Notes under the pieces: model-generated
Databases searched by the model: none
What the model was told of the DNA's origin: nothing
The model's input: only the letters and a program-made list of their open reading frames with translations
Program-made: the position numbers and the translations under genes
In this document: positions 8,245 to 15,519 of the stretch, piece by piece
Layout of the letters: every line of letters starts with the position of its first letter
Position numbering within the stretch: the first letter of the stretch is position 1
DNA from: Anaerolineae bacterium
GTDB lineage: Bacteria; Chloroflexota; Anaerolineae; B4-G1; SLSP01
DNA: 64,000 bases
Assembly (NCBI GenBank): GCA_049975525.1
Contig: JBNGCW010000013.1
Span: 5,004 to 69,003 of the forward strand
Direction of reading: 5' to 3'

Positions 8245-10272
8245 ATGAAAGCACGGCAGCGCGCCCGGCGCTATAGTTTCTCTGTCCGACTGCAGTTCGG
8301 CTTTCTGGCCCTGGCTCTGTTGATCACGGTGGTCGCGGTGGTTTTCGTCCTGAGCCTGATCCGCAGGCAGTTAGACCGGCAAGCCTGGGCACAGTTGGAA
8401 CAGGGTGCGCTGGTGACGGAGGCGTTGTATGAGGCACAGCAACGCGCGTTAGCCAGATGGGCCCAGCTGCTTGCCGAGCGCCCTACCTTGCAGACATTGC
8501 TGGAGCAAGGCGACGGCCGAGCGCTTACGGACTACCTGATGACCTTTCGGGCAGATACACCGCTTGACTGCGTTCTCGTCTGCGACGACGCAGGGGGGGT
8601 CGTGGCCCGGGCGGGGGATGGGTGTCCGCGCTCGCCGACGAGCGCTTGTGTCCCCTCCTTCGATTCCAAGATGTTGTTTCAAAGCGCCCAGGTCGTCAAA
8701 AGACAGGAAGCCACGGTGGTGGTCGGCGTGACGCTGGACGAAGCCTTCGTCGAGACGTGGGCGGCGCAGACGGGGCTTGACCACACCCTTTTCCGGCAGA
8801 ATCGTCCCTTGGCGACGACGTTGTCTGTGGCTCAAGCGCCGGACGCCGCGCATTTTGACGTCGCCGATGTCCCTTATTACGCACGCACGCTCACGCTGGA
8901 CAGCGCTCTGGTAGATCAGATCGCTCTGCCCATCGACGATCTCCAGGCAACGTGGTGGCGGCTGGTCCGGGTGGTGATAGGCAGTGGGATGGGGCTCATC
9001 CTGGTCGGCGCACTCGTTGGCGTGATTTTCGCTCAACAGGCGGTGCGTCCTCTGGCAGCGTTGATGCGGGCGGCGGAGGCCCTCCCGGCGGAGCCCGATC
9101 AACCTGCTGACGCGGTGAAGGCTGTGGGCGAGCGCTGGCGCGTACAGGAGGTGATCCGGGTGGCGCTTGCATTGGAGGCGACTCGCAACGATCTGACGCG
9201 CACCTGGAAAGAGCTTCAACATGAGAAAGCATGGATCGAAAATCTGTTAGACGCTATTGTCGAGGGCATTGTCACGCTTGACGCGCACGGACGGATCACC
9301 TTTTTCAGCCGCGGGGCGGAAGCCATTACCGGTTGGCGGGCAGAAGAGGTGCGCAACCGTCTCTGCGATGAGGTTTTCACGCTGGTGGAAACGGATACGC
9401 CTTTCTCTGCTGCGCTACCTCAACCCGGTGGGCGGCGCAAGCTCACCGTGCGTTTAGGAGATCAGCAAGAAGCCGTGCTCGCCGTCACGCGGGCGGAACT
9501 GGCGCCACCGTCAGAAGAGGCGCACATGGCCCTGGTTTTCCGCGACGTCAGCGAAGAGGAAATCGTTCATCGGCTGCTGGGTTACTTTGTAGCCAACGTT
9601 GCACACGAGTTCCGCACGCCGCTTGCGGCTCTGGCTGCGTCCGTGGAGCTGTTGCTGGATCAAGCGCCCTATCTGAGTCCGGCGGAGATCCAAGAGCTGC
9701 TCAATGCTCTACATCTAAGTGTGCTTGACTTGCAAACTCTGATCAATAATCTATTGGAGAGTGCCAGCATCGAAACCGGACAATTTCACGTGCGCTGCCG
9801 TGACCTTGCCATCAGCGAGGTCATCGCCGAGGCTCTGCACACGATGCAGCCATTGTTGGAGAAACACGATCAGCAGTTGAACCTTCAGATCCCGGAATCG
9901 CTGCCCTCGGTGAAGATCGATCCACGCCGTACGCAGCAGGTACTCATTAATCTGTTGGACAACGCCAGCAAATACGGGCCAGATGGCGGCGAGATCTGTT
10001 TGCGCGTGCTCCACTCTGGCCCCTGGGTGCGGGTGGAGATCAGCGATCAAGGGCCCGGCGTCCCAGACGAGCAGCGCACCCTCCTGTTCCGGCATTTCAG
10101 CCGCACGCCGGCAGCCGCGCACGGTGAACATATCGGTATGGGCCTGGGCCTCTCGGTTGTGAAGGCCATCGTCGAGGCTCAGGGAGGAGAGGTGGGGGTT
10201 GACAGTCCCCCTGGCGGTGGGGCGCTCTTCTGGTTCACCATGCCTACTGCCGTCGATAAGGAGAGTGCTTGA
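8245..10272 (+). CDS. Sensor histidine kinase (two TM segments, periplasmic/extracytoplasmic domain, PAS, HisKA, HATPase)
   Basis: H-box VAHEFRTPLAAL, N-box LINLLDNASKYG, G-boxes DQGPGV and GMGLGLSV. PAS-like LDAIVEGIVTLDAHGRITFFSRGAE. Start at ATG 8245 (MKARQRAR...). Confidence 0.85.
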   Translation: MKARQRARRYSFSVRLQFGFLALALLITVVAVVFVLSLIRRQLDRQAWAQLEQGALVTEALYEAQQRALARWAQLLAERPTLQTLLEQGDGRALTDYLMTFRADTPLDCVLVCDDAGGVVARAGDGCPRSPTSACVPSFDSKMLFQSAQVVKRQEATVVVGVTLDEAFVETWAAQTGLDHTLFRQNRPLATTLSVAQAPDAAHFDVADVPYYARTLTLDSALVDQIALPIDDLQATWWRLVRVVIGSGMGLILVGALVGVIFAQQAVRPLAALMRAAEALPAEPDQPADAVKAVGERWRVQEVIRVALALEATRNDLTRTWKELQHEKAWIENLLDAIVEGIVTLDAHGRITFFSRGAEAITGWRAEEVRNRLCDEVFTLVETDTPFSAALPQPGGRRKLTVRLGDQQEAVLAVTRAELAPPSEEAHMALVFRDVSEEEIVHRLLGYFVANVAHEFRTPLAALAASVELLLDQAPYLSPAEIQELLNALHLSVLDLQTLINNLLESASIETGQFHVRCRDLAISEVIAEALHTMQPLLEKHDQQLNLQIPESLPSVKIDPRRTQQVLINLLDNASKYGPDGGEICLRVLHSGPWVRVEISDQGPGVPDEQRTLLFRHFSRTPAAAHGEHIGMGLGLSVVKAIVEAQGGEVGVDSPPGGGALFWFTMPTAVDKESA

Positions 10273-10973
10273 TGAAAGCGTTGGTTGTCGATGATGATCG
10301 TGTGTTGACGGACGTTGTCGCTTTCACGTTACGCCGCGAGGGCTTTGAGGTGTTGCAGGCCTATGATGGCGCCGCTGCGCTGCGTCGTCTGGATGCTGAG
10401 ACGCCGGATCTTATCATACTGGATGTCAATCTGCCAGATATGGATGGGTTTACGGTCTGCCAGAAGATTCGAGAGCGCGGTGACGTGCCCGTTATCATGC
10501 TCACCGTCCGCGAGGAGGAGGATGACATCGTCCAAGGGCTGGAACTGGGCGCCGACGACTACATCACCAAACCGTTCAGCCCCCGTCAACTGGTGGCTCG
10601 AGTCCAGGCGGTGTTACGGCGCTCGGGCAGACATCCGATTCGCCCCGTGCGGCGCGTCGGTCCGCTGACGCTTGAGCCGACGCGCCGGGAGCTGCAGTAT
10701 GCGGATCGCCCCCCGGTGACACTGACGCGGCTGGAGAATCGTTTGCTGGACTATCTGATGCTCAACGCAGGGCGTATCCTCAGCGTGGAAGCGATCATCG
10801 ATCTGGTCTGGGGGCCCGAGAGCGGTGACCGGGATATGGTACGCCAGTTGATCTATCGTCTGCGCGGCAAGCTGGCGGAAGCGCGCGGCCTGCCTGCAGA
10901 CAGTGACGTACCTTCGTACATTGAAACTGTGCCGGGGCTGGGCTATGGCTTGATGGTGCCCACGGACGATTGA
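10269..10973 (+). CDS. OmpR-family response regulator (receiver + winged helix)
   Basis: Receiver residues VVDDD, ILDVNLPDMDG and ITKPF. C-terminal wHTH IETVPGLGYGL. ATGA overlap with the kinase stop. Confidence 0.9.
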   Translation: MMKALVVDDDRVLTDVVAFTLRREGFEVLQAYDGAAALRRLDAETPDLIILDVNLPDMDGFTVCQKIRERGDVPVIMLTVREEEDDIVQGLELGADDYITKPFSPRQLVARVQAVLRRSGRHPIRPVRRVGPLTLEPTRRELQYADRPPVTLTRLENRLLDYLMLNAGRILSVEAIIDLVWGPESGDRDMVRQLIYRLRGKLAEARGLPADSDVPSYIETVPGLGYGLMVPTDD

Positions 10974-11165
10974 GAGGGGAAAACAGGTACGGGGGGAGAC
11001 CGAGCCGAGCGGAAAGAAGGGAGGTGAACCGGCATTCTCATCGAGCTCATATTTGTCACAGATTTATAACGCCGTTATCATGATCCTTGTGAGCCTCATC
11101 TTCTATCATGGCTATAGTGTGAAAGCATAGGTCATCGTGACCTGTGGTGTTGATCTCTTACAGCC

Positions 11166-11939
11166 ATGAGGAGGATGAAAATGCAGATAGAATTACTGCC
11201 ACTGGTTATCGCGGCGGCGTTTTTCTGTGAACTGGTCGACTCGACGTTGGGGATGGGGTACGGCACAACACTGACGCCTATTCTATTGTTGGCGGGGTAC
11301 GCGCCGGCGGACGTCGTTCCGGCGATCCTGTTATCCGAGTTTGTCACAGGGGTATTAGCCGGTATCTTCCATCACGAGTTTGGAAATGTCGACTTTCGCC
11401 CAGGGAGCCGGGATTTCAAAGTCATGCTTGTGATGGCGGTGTTGAGTGTCATCGGCGTGCTGGTTGCGGTGGTCGTCGCTTTAAATGTGCCGGCCTGGGT
11501 GCTGAAGCTCTACGTGGGACTGTTGGTGCTGAGCATTGGCCTGACCATTCTGCGCAATCACAACCACGAGACTACGTTCTCGTGGAAGCGGATTGGTGGC
11601 TTAGGATTATTGGCGGCCTTTAACAAGGGCATGAGCGGCGGCGGTTACGGCCCTGTGGTCACCGGTGGACAAGTGCTATCCGGTATCAACGGTCGCAGCG
11701 CCATCGGCATCGCTTCGCTGGCGGAAGGGTTGACCAGCGCTGTGGGATTTGGCGCGTTCATGTTGGGTGGTGAAATGTTCCCCTGGACGCTGGCACCCTC
11801 TCTGCTTCTCGGAGCCGTACTTTCTACGCCCCTGGCTGCCTACGTCGTCTCGCGGGTGGAAACCAAGCGACTGGCGTTAGCCATCGGTAGTTTTTCAACT
11901 GTGTTGGGCAGCTATACGTTGATCAAGTTAGTACTGTGA
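11166..11939 (+). CDS. TauE/SafE (TSUP, DUF81) family anion/sulfonate-type permease
   Basis: Polytopic membrane protein with GMGYGTTLTPILLLAG and a second-half repeat GGGYGPVVTGGQVL, typical of the family. Confidence 0.8.
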   Translation: MRRMKMQIELLPLVIAAAFFCELVDSTLGMGYGTTLTPILLLAGYAPADVVPAILLSEFVTGVLAGIFHHEFGNVDFRPGSRDFKVMLVMAVLSVIGVLVAVVVALNVPAWVLKLYVGLLVLSIGLTILRNHNHETTFSWKRIGGLGLLAAFNKGMSGGGYGPVVTGGQVLSGINGRSAIGIASLAEGLTSAVGFGAFMLGGEMFPWTLAPSLLLGAVLSTPLAAYVVSRVETKRLALAIGSFSTVLGSYTLIKLVL

Positions 11940-11957
11940 ACCAACAAGAACTCACTA

Positions 11958-11993
11958 CCGGGCCAATGGTTCCAGTCATTGGCCCGGTTTTTT
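11958..11993 (+). terminator. Rho-independent terminator after the permease gene
   Basis: 11-bp perfect stem CCGGGCCAATG / CATTGGCCCGG with an 8-nt loop, followed by TTTTTT (11988-11993). Confidence 0.8.
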
Positions 11994-12063
11994 GTGTTGA
12001 TTTTAACTCGGCTATCGTGGTAAGGATGCATCACCCACCACACGCCCGAAGGAGGCATAGGTG

Positions 12064-13080
12064 ATGAGTATGAAAGATCGTGTTCTGGCAACCCTACATT
12101 TCGAAGAGGTACGCCCCTTGCCCTACACGCTGCCCATCGAGGAGGAGGTCGCCGCGCGGTTGGACGCGCACTACGGCGGCCCCGCGTGGCGCGAGCGGGT
12201 GCAGGATCACATCGCCTGGGTGGGAATTCCCGAGCTGGGTGTGCTGGAAGGGGCATCGACGTACTACACCGATCCCTTCGGTACCGTCTGGCGCTCGGAC
12301 CGGCGACCGCATCATCTGGAAAAGCCCGCGCTGGCCGAGCCCTCGCTCGACGGCTTCACCTGGCCCGCTGTCGACGAACTCTGGAACGAGGAGCTGGTGC
12401 TGGAGCAGATCGAGGTGGAGCAGGCGGCGGGCAAGTTCATCATCGCCTCGACGGGCTTCGGTATCTTCGAGCGCTCATGGACGCTGCGCGGCTTCGAGAA
12501 CGCCATGATGGATATGCTGCTCCACCCGGCGTTCTACGAGGCGCTGCTGGACGGCATCTTGAACGTCCATCTGCAGCTGGTGGAGCGACTGGGCGCGCTG
12601 CCGGTGGACGGTATCCTACTCTCCGACGACTGGGGCGACCAGCGCGGCGTGATCATGGGGCCGAAGATCTGGCGGAAGTTCATCAAGCCTCGGGCGCGGC
12701 AGTTCTTCGCGGCGGTGCACGCGCACGGTAAGTGGACCTTCCAACACTGCTGCGGCAGCATCTTCGAGATCATCCCCGAGGTCATCGAGATCGGGCTGGA
12801 CGTGTTGGAGTCGCTGCAGCCGGAGGCCATGGACGTCTACGAGATCAAGCGGCGCTACGGGCGCGACCTGCGGCTCTGGGGCGGACTGGGGACGCAGCAG
12901 TTGCTGCCCTTCGGCACGCCGGCGGAGATCCGCGCCGAGGTGATGCGCCTGCGGAAAGAATTGGGCGCGGGCGGCGGCTACATCCTGGCGCCTGCCAAAC
13001 CGCTGATGCCGGAGGTGCCCACGGAGAACGCCGTCGCGGCGGTGGAGGCCTTCACCGCTGCCGGTGATGACGAACCGTAA
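12064..13080 (+). CDS. Uroporphyrinogen-decarboxylase (UroD/MtaA/CmuA) family protein, probable corrinoid-dependent methyltransferase
   Basis: UroD-fold-like length and pattern (DDWGDQRG, FQHCCGS, LESLQPEAMD, GGYILAPA). AAGGAGG lies 7 nt before the ATG at 12064. Confidence 0.75.
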   Translation: MSMKDRVLATLHFEEVRPLPYTLPIEEEVAARLDAHYGGPAWRERVQDHIAWVGIPELGVLEGASTYYTDPFGTVWRSDRRPHHLEKPALAEPSLDGFTWPAVDELWNEELVLEQIEVEQAAGKFIIASTGFGIFERSWTLRGFENAMMDMLLHPAFYEALLDGILNVHLQLVERLGALPVDGILLSDDWGDQRGVIMGPKIWRKFIKPRARQFFAAVHAHGKWTFQHCCGSIFEIIPEVIEIGLDVLESLQPEAMDVYEIKRRYGRDLRLWGGLGTQQLLPFGTPAEIRAEVMRLRKELGAGGGYILAPAKPLMPEVPTENAVAAVEAFTAAGDDEP

Positions 13081-13136
13081 AATCGGATTTCTCTAAAACT
13101 CACCCTACACGTGGGAAAATTTGCGGTCAAAACCAC
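13079..13136. repeat. 58-nt intergenic repeat element, copy A1 (starts with palindrome AAATCGGATTT)
   Basis: Its reverse complement matches 27408-27465 at 51 of 58 positions by hand alignment. Confidence 0.85.
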
Positions 13137-13237
13137 TAGTGCCTTGTCAAGTCTTAACTGATGGATGAAAGTGGCTACCGGTACACCCATCTGTCCATCA
13201 GATCACGCCTGACGAAACACCAGCGCCTCTCACGTTA

Positions 13238-13297
13238 GAAATCGGATTTTTAGGTGACTATACTCTACATCTAGTGATTTTGGTCATGAGAAACCCA
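13238..13297. repeat. Degenerate copy (A2) of the same element
   Basis: Starts with GAAATCGGATTT and is followed by a weakly similar body (..ACTCTACATCTAGTGATTTTGGTCA..AAACCC). Confidence 0.5.
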
Positions 13298-13337
13298 CAT
13301 ATAGTATCAAGTCGTAGAAAAATCCGATTTCTGCTGG

Positions 13338-13384
13338 TTATTTCAGTGGTGTCAATGTTGACACTACTGAAAAAAAGGGTCAGC
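13338..13384. repeat. 47-nt repeat element type 2, copy 1 (preceded at 13319-13331 by a third AAATCCGATTT palindrome)
   Basis: TTATTTCAGTGGTGTCAATGTTGACACTACTGAAAAAAAGGGTCAGC aligns with 43495-43541 at roughly 80% identity with two 1-nt indels (hand alignment). Confidence 0.75.
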
Positions 13385-13403
13385 TTTTCAGGTGAGTCAG
13401 CAA

Positions 13404-13431
13404 TTGCTTCCCCGCCGGAATCTCGTATAAT
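13404..13431 (+). promoter_or_regulatory. Putative sigma70-type promoter TTGCTT-N16-TATAAT for the MtaA-like gene
   Basis: Hexamers at 13404-13409 and 13426-13431, 34 nt upstream of the ATG at 13465. Confidence 0.4.
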
Positions 13432-13464
13432 GTCTGACATCATATACTCGTAACAGGAGGCACC

Positions 13465-14442
13465 ATGCAGACCCTACGTGACATTGTGGATCAATCCCCA
13501 CATCGCCTGGTCGTCCCGTTGATGGGCTTCCCCGGCACGCAGCTGACCCACTCGACGATCTGGCAGAATGAGTTCAACGCGGAGTTGCAGTACCGCACCA
13601 TCGCGGCGCTGGTGGAGCGCTTCGAGCCCGACGCCGCCTTCTTCTTCATGGACCTGGCGGTGGAAGCAGGCGCCATCGGGTTGCCCGTGCTCTTCCCGGC
13701 CAGCGGCTCACCGTCGGTGAAGCAGCATCCCGTCAAGCGGATCGAGGATCTGGCCCAGTTCGAGGTCGTGGACGTGCGCTATGACGCGCGCGTGCGCACC
13801 TACGTCGATGTGATGCAACGCATGAAAGCGGGGCTCGAGGTACTGGCGGGCGCCTACGTCATCGGCCCTTTCACCCTGGCCGGGTTGATGATGGGCGCCA
13901 CGCAGATTGCCCTGGCGACGATCCAGGATCCCGATCTGGTACACGCGGCGGCCCGGTTCGCCACCGACGTGATCATCCGCTACGGCGAGCAGCTGGCGGA
14001 GGCCGGGGCCGACATGCTCTGCGTGCTGGAACCGACGGCGACCTTTATCTCCCCCAAAGCGTTCCGGGCGTTCTCCGGGCGCTACGTCAAGGAGATTGTG
14101 GAGGCGCTGGACATCCGGACGATCTTACACATTTGCGGCGACACCAAGCACCTGGTCGAAGCCATGTGTGAGACCGGCGTCCAGGGGTTGAGCCTGGACG
14201 CGCCCCTGGACTTCCCGGCGACCATCGAGCGCATGCCGGAGAACGTGGTCTTGATCGGCAACGTCGATCCCGTGCGCGTCATGGTCAACGAGACGCCGGA
14301 CAACGTGCGAGAAGCGGTTCGGGCGCTGGTGGAGAACATGGCACCGTATCCGAACTTTATCCTCAGCACCGGCTGTGATCTGCCGCCGGAGACGCCGCTG
14401 GCAAACATCCAGGCGTTCATGGAGGCCGGGAGAGCCCCATAG
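13465..14442 (+). CDS. MtaA/CmuA-type (UroD family) methylcobamide methyltransferase-like protein
   Basis: N-terminal PLMGFPG, FMDLAVEAGAIG, CVLEPTA, HICGDT and STGCDLPPETP are characteristic of the MtaA/MtbA family. RBS aggagg before the ATG. Confidence 0.8.
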   Translation: MQTLRDIVDQSPHRLVVPLMGFPGTQLTHSTIWQNEFNAELQYRTIAALVERFEPDAAFFFMDLAVEAGAIGLPVLFPASGSPSVKQHPVKRIEDLAQFEVVDVRYDARVRTYVDVMQRMKAGLEVLAGAYVIGPFTLAGLMMGATQIALATIQDPDLVHAAARFATDVIIRYGEQLAEAGADMLCVLEPTATFISPKAFRAFSGRYVKEIVEALDIRTILHICGDTKHLVEAMCETGVQGLSLDAPLDFPATIERMPENVVLIGNVDPVRVMVNETPDNVREAVRALVENMAPYPNFILSTGCDLPPETPLANIQAFMEAGRAP

Positions 14443-14814
14443 AGACCACCGTCGGCCCGACCGGAAGGGGATCGGGAAACATCCCAGGCGTCGGGTCGGG
14501 CACAAAGGCGAGGGATTGCTCTTCGGTCAGGATCCCGTATAATACATGCGTGGCCATCCAAACAACCATCCGTCCAAATGGCATAAGGTACAACGCATCT
14601 GCAATAGCCCGATCATGTTGACTAAGCATCCATGGCTGCATGCACGAAATGGACATGTTCAAAATCTGGGGCCGAGGTCCTCACCGTGCCCCCTACGTTC
14701 AAACATTCGAAGGTGCATTAAACCCTAATATCGTCATCCGAGAGATTTTCACAGATTATAATGACAATGAACCAAAAACAAGCCATTTAACAACAACCGA
14801 CTCAGGAGGCCAAT

Positions 14815-15450
14815 GTGGAAACAGTTTTAGCAGAGATCCGTGAAGGTGTGATGAAGGGCGACCTGTCCCAGGTCGAAGCCAAGGTGACTCAGGCGCTGGA
14901 GGCAGGTGTGGAGCCCGAGGAAATCCTGAAGCAGGGCATGATCGAAGCCATGGCCAAAGTCGGCCAGCTCTTCGAAGACGGAGAGTACTTTGTGCCGGAG
15001 ATGCTCATCGCGGCGCGGGCCATGAAGGGCGGGCTGACGATCCTGAAGCCGCACCTGGTGGACACCGACGTGCAACCGGCGGGCAAAGTGATCGCCGGCA
15101 CCGTCAAAGGCGATCTGCACGACATCGGTAAGAACCTGGTCTGCATGATGCTGGAAGGCGCCGGCTTCGAGATTCAGGATCTGGGCACCGACGTGGCACC
15201 GGAAGCGTTCGTCAGCGCCGTGCAGGAGGGTGATGCAGACATCGTCGCCATGTCGGCGCTGCTGACGACCACCATGCCCAACATGGAGGCGACCATCAAA
15301 GCGCTGGAAGAGGCCGGCGTCCGCGAGCAGGTCAAGGTCATCATCGGCGGCGCGCCGGTGACCGCAGCCTACGCCCAGAAGATCACCGCCGACGGTTACG
15401 CACCCGACGCCAGCCGCGCGGTTAAACTGGCGCAAAGTCTGGTCGGCTGA
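14815..15450 (+). CDS. Corrinoid (B12-binding) protein of methyltransferase systems
   Basis: N-terminal helical cap domain plus a Rossmann B12 domain with the DxHxxG motif (GDLHDIGKNLV), SALLTTT and GGAP. GTG start 5 nt after AGGAGG. Confidence 0.9.
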   Translation: METVLAEIREGVMKGDLSQVEAKVTQALEAGVEPEEILKQGMIEAMAKVGQLFEDGEYFVPEMLIAARAMKGGLTILKPHLVDTDVQPAGKVIAGTVKGDLHDIGKNLVCMMLEGAGFEIQDLGTDVAPEAFVSAVQEGDADIVAMSALLTTTMPNMEATIKALEEAGVREQVKVIIGGAPVTAAYAQKITADGYAPDASRAVKLAQSLVG

Positions 15451-15519
15451 GAGGTCAGCATCCTCCCCGCTCTCGCACGTGGCGACCGTCTGTAAACATG
15501 CCTTGAAAGGAGTTTTTTA

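Noticed and set aside
13079-13400. Possible CRISPR array, suggested by AAATCSGATTT recurring at spacings of about 160 and 80 nt.
   Set aside because: There are only three short (11-nt) exact cores. The flanking repeat bodies are degenerate and of unequal length. No cas genes are present. A copy elsewhere is isolated and inverted. This behaves like a dispersed palindromic element, not a CRISPR.
14443-14814. Cobalamin riboswitch upstream of the corrinoid protein gene.
   Set aside because: I could not find the B12-box or the conserved core by eye. An Infernal scan is needed before making any claim.
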